A stretch of DNA of 64,000 nt from an uncultured delta proteobacterium (GTDB lineage Bacteria; Desulfobacterota; Desulfobacteria; Desulfobacterales; JAHEIW01): the NCBI GenBank assembly GCA_963706575.1, contig CAVPNL010000006.1:672001-736000 (forward strand), given 5' to 3'. Below the pieces are notes generated by a model, which did not search any database, was not told where the DNA came from, and saw only the letters and a list, made by a program, of their open reading frames with translations. Both the position numbers and the translations under genes were made by a program. This document shows positions 9,863 to 17,954 of the stretch, piece by piece. Positions within the stretch are counted from its first letter, which is position 1. Every line of letters begins with the position of its first letter.

Positions 9863-10159
9863 TTGACCCAACCCGTTTTGGTGGATGTGCTTTTGACTGA
9901 TTTTCGGCAATGAGTTGCCTGCGTCTATATGGCGGAGTCGGTAAAGGTTTTACCGCAAGACATCCAGGAAATTATCGAAGTGCATGAATGGGATATGCGC
10001 ACCCGAGAAGGGGTGGTGCGCTTTCGGGAACTGAAGGCCAAGTCCCTGCCCAGCGTTGCTTTAGACGGCGACCTGGTTTATGAATCCCTTATCCCCATGC
10101 AGGAAGAACTCATCGACGAAATCCGCAGACGTTATAAGGAAAAGAATCAGAATGAATAA
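9863..10159 (+). CDS. Thioredoxin-like selenoprotein, UxxC (UVAC); TGA 9911-9913 read as Sec17; 98 aa
   Basis: GGAGG 9853-9857 precedes TTG 9863. In-frame TQPVLVDVLLTDFRQ-TGA-VACVYMAESV aligns with DVLTLDSVQ-CAACGYMMESI of 29258-29659. Hairpin follows. Confidence 0.85.
9939..9955 (+). other. Candidate bacterial SECIS hairpin
   Basis: Perfect 7-bp stem CGGTAAA-GGT-TTTACCG. Loop starts 32 nt after the UGA. Confidence 0.7.
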
Positions 10160-11141
10160 TATCTATCTGGAAGATGTTAACATTGAAGGCTTTAAATCCT
10201 TTTCAGAAGAAACCAACATGAGCTTTCAGCCCGGCATCGGCGTTATTATTGGAAATAACGGCGTCGGAAAATCGAATATCCTGGATGCGATTGTCTGGGC
10301 GCTGGGCGAAAATGATCTGGACCGCATCCGTTGTTATGAAAAAGAAGAGTTGTTTTTTGCCGGCAGCAAAGACTATCCGCCGGCACCCAAAATTCGGGTG
10401 GAGTTGATGCTAAAGCAGGGAGAAGAAAAAGACGCACCCGGCATCCAATTGGCCCGTGAGAGAAACAAAAATGGGGACGATCAATACTGGATTGATAAAA
10501 CCAGCTATGCACGCCAAGCCTATCGTGAAAAATTAGATGCCTATAATCTCAGGCATTGTCTGGCAACCATCATCCGGCAGGAACAAATTAATGACATGAT
10601 TCAGCTCGATCCCTGGCAGCGGTTTGACGGCATCCGGCAAGTGCTGGGCCTTGATTCCGAAGAAGAAACCGTTGGATGCCTCAAAGATATCATTGGTCCC
10701 TTATTTCAGCGCTATATGTCTTATCTGATACCGCTTGGTGACGTCGAGCTGGATGTGATTTCAAAAGATGGGCACAGGGGATTGGAGATCGAAGTCAACC
10801 TTCCGGGCAATCGCCTGCGCAGGGCCCATCAATTGTCCGGCGGCGAAAAATCCATTACCAGTCTGGCGCTGAAGCTGGCGATTTTCCACCAACTTGAAAG
10901 CCCTTTTTTTCTGCTGGATGAAGTGGAGCCCTCCCTGGACTATACCAACCACAAGTCGATGCAGACCTTTCTCAAAGACGTGGCCGACAGCAAACAGCTG
11001 ATCATGATTACTCACCTTAGAAGCACCATCGCTCTGGCCAATACGGTGCACGGCGTGAGAACCCGCTGGGATGGATCTTCGTTCATGAAATTTTATTTTG
11101 TGATGGACGAGCGTTTGTTGAGGCTTTATAAGTGCTGCTAA
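10152..11141 (+). CDS. Short SMC/RecN-like ABC ATPase (head domains only), C-terminal Cys-Cys; 329 aa
   Basis: GFKSF, GNNGVGKSNILDAI, LSGGEKS, FFLLDEVE, LIMITH; ends RLYKCC. ATG 10152 overlaps the end of the upstream gene. Confidence 0.8.
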   Translation: MNNIYLEDVNIEGFKSFSEETNMSFQPGIGVIIGNNGVGKSNILDAIVWALGENDLDRIRCYEKEELFFAGSKDYPPAPKIRVELMLKQGEEKDAPGIQLARERNKNGDDQYWIDKTSYARQAYREKLDAYNLRHCLATIIRQEQINDMIQLDPWQRFDGIRQVLGLDSEEETVGCLKDIIGPLFQRYMSYLIPLGDVELDVISKDGHRGLEIEVNLPGNRLRRAHQLSGGEKSITSLALKLAIFHQLESPFFLLDEVEPSLDYTNHKSMQTFLKDVADSKQLIMITHLRSTIALANTVHGVRTRWDGSSFMKFYFVMDERLLRLYKCC

Positions 11142-11142
11142 A

Positions 11143-11886
11143 ATGATTGCGATCAGCGACCTCGATACGGCTATCCATAAGGCCAGGCCTATGCTGGAAA
11201 GCCTGCAGCGCTTATATCAGCGCTTGCCGCAGACCGGCTGCCAATGTGAGCAACCGGGTGTATGCTGTGCATTTTTGCCGGAAATGACATGGATGGAAGC
11301 CGTCCAATGGGCCGGGCTCATCCAGGCAATGCCTGCCGGTGACCGCACGAAGATTCTGCAAAAGTTTTTGGAATTTTATCTGACAAATCCCATTCGTCCT
11401 GCCGGATGTCCTTTCCTGGAAGATGGCGCCTGCACTATTTATGAATTGCGCCCTTTTGCCTGCCGCGCCTATGGTCTGTGGAGCCCCGAATTCGGTAAAG
11501 TCAGAACCCAAAAAAGCCGGCAGGATCGAAAAGCGTTGCTGCAAATGTGGCAAAAATTCGGGCTGGAGCTTCCCCCGCAGACGGTGGAATCTGAAATCGA
11601 TTATTGTGATCGGGTTCGTTGCGCAGCTGAAAAATCGATGTCTGACAGTCAACTCATGGATATCTTGCAGCAGATATATGAACTCGATCAAGCCTTAGCG
11701 GAGCTGCAAACCAGATTTGAAGCTGAATATCATTCCGACTTTAGTTTTTTGATTGCGTCCCTGGCTCTGGGCTATCGCAAAGCAGTCCTCGGGAAATTTG
11801 CCGTTATCAAGGAAATGGTTCAGCAGGGAACCACAGAGCGGCTTGAGCAAATGCTGGGCAAGGCAACTGCAGAGGTGCTTGGTTAA
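11143..11886 (+). CDS. YkgJ-like cysteine cluster (CxxCxxCC family) protein
   Basis: CQCEQPGVCC and CPFL...CTIYELRPFACR. Confidence 0.8.
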   Translation: MIAISDLDTAIHKARPMLESLQRLYQRLPQTGCQCEQPGVCCAFLPEMTWMEAVQWAGLIQAMPAGDRTKILQKFLEFYLTNPIRPAGCPFLEDGACTIYELRPFACRAYGLWSPEFGKVRTQKSRQDRKALLQMWQKFGLELPPQTVESEIDYCDRVRCAAEKSMSDSQLMDILQQIYELDQALAELQTRFEAEYHSDFSFLIASLALGYRKAVLGKFAVIKEMVQQGTTERLEQMLGKATAEVLG

Positions 11887-12101
11887 TTTTGGGTTTCGGG
11901 TGCCAGGTGTCAGGTGTCAGTAAACAGAGGACAGGCAATAAATGGGAAGTAGGGTCGACCCCCGACTGCCGCGGCGAAGCCCCGAGCGAAGACGGGTGCC
12001 GACCGCAGAACGGCGGGCACAGAGGCCCGCCCTACATCTGAATGCTGACACCTGAAACCACAGTTATTACGACTTTTGTAACTTTTTTGTGCGACACAGT
12101 A

Positions 12102-13112
12102 TTAAGAAGTTTCAACTATGCAGCGGTTTAATTCTTTGAGCGTTTCATCCGCATTTATTTTCCATCCGATAAAGGCCAGCCGGGTTTCAGCTTCACCTTC
12201 CCATGGGGACCATTCGCTTTTGCCGCCGACAAAATTGAGCATTTCCAAGCGATCCACAAAACGAACCGGGCCTTTAATTCGAAATAATTCCCAGGGTAAA
12301 TTGGTGATAAATTTTTTAAAGCAAGCCTCGTCGAAAATTCTTGAATCATGGAAAGAAAATGTCACAAAGTTAATAGACTTAGCCGGATGGCTGTCGTGTT
12401 CTTCGGGAGAATGATGATGGTCGCTTGAATCAGGTTTGGCGTTTAAAGCCGCAGGCTGGAAAAATTGAATCGGCTTTAATCCAAATATTTTTGGTTGAGC
12501 CTGTGCCCAAAGGGTTTCCGGATCGATTCCGCAGTGAATTGTTGGCACCACCTGGCAGTCGGGTATGACGTCATGGATTTCGGCAAGAAACTGCGGAATT
12601 TTTTCTGCGGCCATTAAATCAATTTTATTTAAAAGGATTAAATTGGCCATTTCAAGCTGGTTGTAAAAAAGCTGTCCGAATACTTCGCGCGCCCCCCAGA
12701 TATCTGCCTCCAACACCGTAATAATTTTTTTAAGTTGCATGTGTTGACCGATCTGCGGATCCTGCAAAACCGTTGTAATCGATTTGGGGTCGGCTACGCC
12801 TGAGGCTTCTATTAAAATACGGCGGGGTTTGAATCGCTTCCAGATGCGCGTCAGCGATTGATGCAAGTCGGCGCTGAGCGTGCAGCAGATGCATCCACTG
12901 GTCAGCTCGATCACGTCAGAACCGCTATCTTTAAGCAAGGCACCATCGATGCCGATGTCGCCAAACTCATTGACCAGGACAACTGTTTCGGAGAGGTCGG
13001 CTTGCCAGGAAAGAATTCTTTTGAGCAGGGTGGTTTTACCCGCCCCCAAAAAGCCCGACAAAAGTAAAATGTCGGCTTTATATTCCGGCTGATTGCCAAG
13101 TGGTGCGCTCAT
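12102..13112 (-). CDS. COG0523/CobW-family P-loop GTPase (metallochaperone)
   Basis: SGFLGAGKTT, VNEFG, GCICC, EASG, NKID, short His-rich linker, RIKG. Confidence 0.9.
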   Translation of the reverse strand: MSAPLGNQPEYKADILLLSGFLGAGKTTLLKRILSWQADLSETVVLVNEFGDIGIDGALLKDSGSDVIELTSGCICCTLSADLHQSLTRIWKRFKPRRILIEASGVADPKSITTVLQDPQIGQHMQLKKIITVLEADIWGAREVFGQLFYNQLEMANLILLNKIDLMAAEKIPQFLAEIHDVIPDCQVVPTIHCGIDPETLWAQAQPKIFGLKPIQFFQPAALNAKPDSSDHHHSPEEHDSHPAKSINFVTFSFHDSRIFDEACFKKFITNLPWELFRIKGPVRFVDRLEMLNFVGGKSEWSPWEGEAETRLAFIGWKINADETLKELNRCIVETS

Positions 13113-13163
13113 TGAACTTTTCCTCCGAATTGACCCGGATCAAAATAACCGGGGTGGATGAAT

Positions 13164-15122
13164 CTACACGGCGATGGTTGCCACCTGGTAACAGCGCAAG
13201 CAGCGCTCGGCTTCGGCCACGGCTTGCTGGGCGGATAGGCCCTGCTCGACTTCATCAAAGGTTGATTTTCGCGTGTCCGGTGGGAGTATGTCCGGCTGGA
13301 AGCGCGGTTTGCTCTCGACCTTGAGGATTTCCTCGTCCGGGTCATAGACTTTTACGGTTTCGAAAAGCTTATCAAAATAGTGGTCGTCATCATAATCAAG
13401 GGACTGCGTATTAATTAAGCGATCGATGCTGTGAGCCGCCCGGCGGCCGCCGGCGCAGGCGGTAATCAAGGCATCCGGTCCGGTTTCGCAGTCACCGGCA
13501 ACAAAGATTTTTGGGCGGCGGCTCTGCTTGGTGTATTCGTCAACGACAATGGTATTCCATTGGGTTGTTTGAACATCATCCATTCCGGCAAGCAGTGAAA
13601 GATCGACCTGCTGCCCAATAGCTGAAACGATGGTATCGCAGTCAAAAACAAATTCCGAACCCTCAACCGGCACCGGTCGCGGTCTACCGCTGGCATCCGG
13701 TTCACCCAGTTCCATTTTGATGCATTCAAGGCCGACCACCTTACCCGCTTCAGCCAGGATCCGTACCGGCGCCGTCAGGAAGTGGAACTGCACCTGTTCT
13801 TCTTCGGCATCGTGAATTTCGGCCTCATCGGCCGGCATTTCGTTGCGGGTCCTGCGGTAAACCAGGTGAATATCTTCTTTCTCGGTGCGCAAGGAACAGC
13901 GAACACAGTCAATGGCAACATTTCCGCCGCCGATAACCACGACTTTTTTGCCCTGCGGATACGGATCACGGCCGGCGTTCACCTCTCGCAGGTACGCAAG
14001 CCCCGGGATAAATCCCTGATATTCTTGGCCTTCTCCTTCGATACCGATTTTGGTGCTGTCCTGCGCACCCATACCGATAAAAACCGCATCGAATTCATTT
14101 TCTAGTTGAGAGAGCGTCAGATCATTTCCGATGGTTTGACCGTAGTTGATGGAAACGCCCATTTTCTGAATTTGCTGCACCTCACCCTGCAGGATATTAC
14201 GGGGCAGCCGGTAGTCGGGAATCCCCACGGCGGACATACCGCCCGGTCGATCCAGGGCCTCATAGATCGTTACCTCATGGCCTTTGCGGGCCAGGTGATA
14301 GGCACAGGTAATGCCGGCGGGTCCGGCACCGACAATGGCCACTTTCCCGGTATTTTCGGAAGGCGTGATTTCGTATTCGGGCTCCTTTTGCTCGGCGAGC
14401 TCATGATCCGCCACAAAGCGCTTGAGCGCTTTTATCGAAATGGGTTCATCTAAATTGCCGCGCCGGCAATGTTTTTCACAGGGCCTGAAACAGACACGAC
14501 CCACGATACCCGCTATGGGCAGACGTTCGCGAATGACCGTGAGAGACTCTGCAAATTTGGCGTCTTTGATCAACTCAACGTATTTGGGAATATCGAGGTG
14601 AATCGGGCAGGCGTCCAAACAGGGAGCGGTCAGTTTTGAATAATAGGTTCCCTTTGTCATCTGTTTCTCGCCGCTGACGGCCTGTGAAAAATCATCGCCA
14701 AAATATTTGAGGGCATGAAATAGTGGTGCCGGTCCGGATTTGCCGATGCTGCATTTTGCATTGCTAACGATTGCTTCAGCAGCCGACTGCATAAATTCCA
14801 GGTCTTCTTCGGTCGCTTCGCCGTTGGCGATATCCTCAAAGACCTCGAGCATCTCCTCCCAGCCCGTTTTGCAGTAATTACATTTATCACAGGTTTTTGA
14901 ATGCGCCAAAACGGCCTCAAAATAGGCCCGGCAAAGATCGATGATATCCACATCAGGTGATCGCAGTACAATTCCTTTCCAGCCCATCAATGCTTTGATC
15001 TTTTCGTCCTGCTTGAAATATTCAGGCAAATCCAGATCTTTGATTGATGCCTGGTTTTGCGCTTCATCGCCGCGGTTTTCAATAATTTCTCCGCCCCATG
15101 AACTGAAAATTATGTCCGTCAT
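13164..15122 (-). CDS. Fe-S/FAD oxidoreductase: NuoF-like Fe-S region plus GltD/NfnB-like pyridine nucleotide-dependent domain
   Basis: CDKCNYC...KCSIG, PCLDACP, GRVCFRPCE..C, GAGPAG, GGGNVAIDC, YRR, GD, EAERCLRC. GGAG before ATG 15122. Confidence 0.85.
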   Translation of the reverse strand: MTDIIFSSWGGEIIENRGDEAQNQASIKDLDLPEYFKQDEKIKALMGWKGIVLRSPDVDIIDLCRAYFEAVLAHSKTCDKCNYCKTGWEEMLEVFEDIANGEATEEDLEFMQSAAEAIVSNAKCSIGKSGPAPLFHALKYFGDDFSQAVSGEKQMTKGTYYSKLTAPCLDACPIHLDIPKYVELIKDAKFAESLTVIRERLPIAGIVGRVCFRPCEKHCRRGNLDEPISIKALKRFVADHELAEQKEPEYEITPSENTGKVAIVGAGPAGITCAYHLARKGHEVTIYEALDRPGGMSAVGIPDYRLPRNILQGEVQQIQKMGVSINYGQTIGNDLTLSQLENEFDAVFIGMGAQDSTKIGIEGEGQEYQGFIPGLAYLREVNAGRDPYPQGKKVVVIGGGNVAIDCVRCSLRTEKEDIHLVYRRTRNEMPADEAEIHDAEEEQVQFHFLTAPVRILAEAGKVVGLECIKMELGEPDASGRPRPVPVEGSEFVFDCDTIVSAIGQQVDLSLLAGMDDVQTTQWNTIVVDEYTKQSRRPKIFVAGDCETGPDALITACAGGRRAAHSIDRLINTQSLDYDDDHYFDKLFETVKVYDPDEEILKVESKPRFQPDILPPDTRKSTFDEVEQGLSAQQAVAEAERCLRCYQVATIAV

Positions 15123-15221
15123 GCTATCGCCTCCATACCTTAATAATGCACTCAATTTTCCGATCAAATTTTTCTCATACCGTATAACCGATGTCAATGC
15201 ATTCGATTTTATTGTTTATAA

Positions 15222-15262
15222 AATCATCTATATTCATTCTAAAAATCATCTTTTAGACGATA
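15222..15262. promoter_or_regulatory. Operator-like site: half-site plus palindrome AATCATCT-TTT-AGACGATA
   Basis: In the divergent intergenic region. Half-site 15222-15229, palindrome 15244-15262. Confidence 0.7.
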
Positions 15263-15450
15263 TAAAAAAGAGGAAGTTTTGATAATAGATAATTGAGACT
15301 TTTTCACCCTGCAAGGTTTTTGAGTTAAGTCGGGAGGATGACCCCCATGGCATATTCCTGCGCGTAATGCGCTTTAATATGTTAAACCGCGACAGGGCCC
15401 TCTGGGTGGTTTGGGGAAATTATTTTTTTAAAGACCAAAGGAGGTAGGCT

Positions 15451-16434
15451 ATGCAACGTTTTAGTAATGAGCCAAAGGTTTATGACGTCGGTGGCGTGAA
15501 ACTCGGCGGTCAGCCGGGCGATTATCCCACAGTCTGCTGCTTCTCCATCTTTCAGGAAAGCGACAAGTTGTTTGACAAGGGCAGCCGCAGAAAAGGGTTC
15601 AATGAAGCGCGAGCAGAAGAATTGCTGAAAGGGGCAGAAAAACTGTGGAAGGAAACGGGCGTGCCCGTTATGGCCGACATTGTCGCCAGCCCGGGCGAAA
15701 AATTCAAAAAATATGTGGATTTTGTCACCTCGGTCAGCGACATGCCCTTTTGCGTTGACGCCATTATGATGCCGGCCAAATTGGAGGGCGCGGCCTATTG
15801 TGCCGAACAGGGTTTGCTGGACCGAATGTTCTATAACAGTATTACCGTCTGGGAGGAAGACTTAGAAACGGAAGTTAAGGAATTGGCACAAATTGGCGTC
15901 AAGCATGTGCTGCTGGTTGCCTTTGATCAGGATGATCAGACACCCAATGGCAGGATTACCGGCGCCCAAAAACTGCTGGATGCCATCGAAAAGGCCGGCG
16001 CCGAATTTGAAAGTATTATTGTCGATACTACCACCCTCAACGCGCCCGCCAATGCGTTGTGCGGGCTGTCGAATCAGTTAATAAAGGAAAAATGGGGCTT
16101 TGCAACCGCCAGTGCGCCCAGCAACGGTTCTTACATGGAATTGCAGCGCTTTAAGGATATGTTTGGATTTAAAGGTTGGGCCGGGTTTGATGCCGCGGTG
16201 GAAGCCCTTTCGGCGTTTTATTACAATGATTTAATTTTCACCGGGCCCATGGCAGGTGCGCCGCGGGTCGTAACCGCAGTTGCGGCGGCCGATGCGTTTT
16301 TAGCCACGTCGGTTTTTAATGAAACCAAAGAGCTGCCCAAAGATCCCAACCACCCATTGCTCAAGCTATTTCCGGAGTTTGCCGAACAGCTCAAGGTGGC
16401 CTGGGATAAGCCCAGTGACCTTGAAAAAATGTAG
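15451..16434 (+). CDS. MtrH-family methyltransferase (probable methylcorrinoid:tetrahydrofolate methyltransferase)
   Basis: VGGVKLGGQPGDYPTV..SIF, FYNSI, IVDT, IKEKWG..TASAPSN are characteristic of MtrH/MtgA-type pterin methyltransferases. GGAGGT RBS. Confidence 0.85.
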   Translation: MQRFSNEPKVYDVGGVKLGGQPGDYPTVCCFSIFQESDKLFDKGSRRKGFNEARAEELLKGAEKLWKETGVPVMADIVASPGEKFKKYVDFVTSVSDMPFCVDAIMMPAKLEGAAYCAEQGLLDRMFYNSITVWEEDLETEVKELAQIGVKHVLLVAFDQDDQTPNGRITGAQKLLDAIEKAGAEFESIIVDTTTLNAPANALCGLSNQLIKEKWGFATASAPSNGSYMELQRFKDMFGFKGWAGFDAAVEALSAFYYNDLIFTGPMAGAPRVVTAVAAADAFLATSVFNETKELPKDPNHPLLKLFPEFAEQLKVAWDKPSDLEKM

Positions 16435-16491
16435 CCGTATGGAATATGGAATGATGCGTTTGTAATCTTCAGTTGCATGCCTTTTTGAGTC

Positions 16492-16524
16492 GGGCGAGGA
16501 TTGCTTGAGATCCTCGCCCTTTTC
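16492..16524 (+). terminator. Intrinsic terminator after the MtrH-family gene
   Basis: GGGCGAGGAT-8nt-ATCCTCGCCC followed by TTTT. Confidence 0.7.
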
Positions 16525-16826
16525 AACCCCATCGTTATGTCGCCTCCGTGCGCTCCCCGGAGATCCTTCCACTCAAAAAACAATTTGTTCCCGCCGGCAG
16601 ATCTCTATCTGTAAGCTGCCGCGCATATTCATTTATCGGATGCGGGGGCAGCGGATCTTATATTTGAATCAAAATCGGCTTGCTGATTGACATTATCAGT
16701 GTTAATAAGGATTTGGCGTGAGCCAGCGCCTTTTGCAATGATGCGTGAACCTGAAGGAAGGCCCTGCCTAAAATCGGGCCGGCATAAAATTATGCGACAT
16801 TTCGTTATCCGTCATCCAGGTGGGAA

Positions 16827-17351
16827 ATGACTATTTTTGACTGGCAAAGTGAACTCAACCGGGACGGGCACCGGGTTGTGATCTCGGGACAGCCCATTGC
16901 CATGCACTGCCATCATTATAATATCAATTTGCAGAAAACGCTGGAGGAGACCCTGGGCGCGGAAGGCATCGAGCTTTTGTACCGTTCGGCTGAGGAAACC
17001 AATTATAATAGTTTGCAGCACCTCTTCAACCAATATAAAAAAATCAGAACCCTAAAATCGAAGCTGGAAATGGCCTCCCTGCTCTTTCAGAATTGCGGTT
17101 TGGGGATAATCCATTTCAGGAAGGTCAGACCCCATGCGGCTTATATTGCGAGCACCTCCAGCCATCATGTCACCGGGTGGCTCGCAAAACACGGGCGACG
17201 CGAAACACCCGGCTGTCACTTTACCCGGGGCTGGATTGCCGGTGCGCTGGAGGTGATTTACCAGCGTCCCCTTGGTTTTTATATCGTGGAGGAACGGCGG
17301 TGCAAAATGCAGCGGGATGAGGAGTGTGTCTTTCATGTCAAGGAGCGTTAA
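16827..17351 (+). CDS. V4R (4-vinyl reductase-like) domain protein
   Basis: GLG, PGCHFTRGWIAG, EERRC..RDEECVF; N-terminal HCHHYN. Confidence 0.75.
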   Translation: MTIFDWQSELNRDGHRVVISGQPIAMHCHHYNINLQKTLEETLGAEGIELLYRSAEETNYNSLQHLFNQYKKIRTLKSKLEMASLLFQNCGLGIIHFRKVRPHAAYIASTSSHHVTGWLAKHGRRETPGCHFTRGWIAGALEVIYQRPLGFYIVEERRCKMQRDEECVFHVKER

Positions 17352-17954
17352 GTGGCAATTGATGTAAGCAAGATTATCCATGCGGTCATGGAAGGCAGCA
17401 AGATAAGGGAATCAAAGGGGATCATCCCCCTTTTCGGGGTCTATCTCTCGTTATTTTCGGTGAACTATTACAACCGGTTGAGCTTTGACTTTGAAATCAA
17501 AATGGGCAAACAGCGTGAGGCTGAAGCCAAGGCCCTTTTGATTGAAGCGGCCCAGGAGTGCGGTTATGCCACTTTTCAAGGCATTCGCGATTCCTGGGAG
17601 TGGCAGCAGGTTGTCGCCCCCATGGTTGAAAACAAAAAAGATCAGATTTTCGGTTTTGTGGCCGTGGCCGTGGCTTTTGGCTGGGGAGACCTGACCGTCG
17701 CGGAACTTGTTCCGGATGAAAAACTTGTGATCCTCGCCAGCGATTCCTATGAGGCCAACGGCTACCTGGAGCAATACGGTGCTGCAAAATCGGAAAAATG
17801 CTATATGCTGCGCGGGGTAACGGCTGCCTTCATGGACCTGGTTTACGGCGGCGATTATCCGGATGGCTGTTTTACCTTCGCAGCTCAAGAGCCGCGTTGC
17901 CGGGTAAAAGGAGACCCGTATTGTGAGTTTATTGCTCGAAGATCATCTGATTGA
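17352..17954 (+). CDS. V4R domain protein
   Basis: FGWG, SYEA, CYMLRG, EPRCRVKGDPYCEF. Confidence 0.75.
   Translation: MAIDVSKIIHAVMEGSKIRESKGIIPLFGVYLSLFSVNYYNRLSFDFEIKMGKQREAEAKALLIEAAQECGYATFQGIRDSWEWQQVVAPMVENKKDQIFGFVAVAVAFGWGDLTVAELVPDEKLVILASDSYEANGYLEQYGAAKSEKCYMLRGVTAAFMDLVYGGDYPDGCFTFAAQEPRCRVKGDPYCEFIARRSSD

Noticed and set aside
9929..10159. ORF-track 76-aa protein starting at ATG 9929
   Set aside because: Lacks the active site and an RBS; better explained as the 3' part of the selenoprotein starting at 9863.
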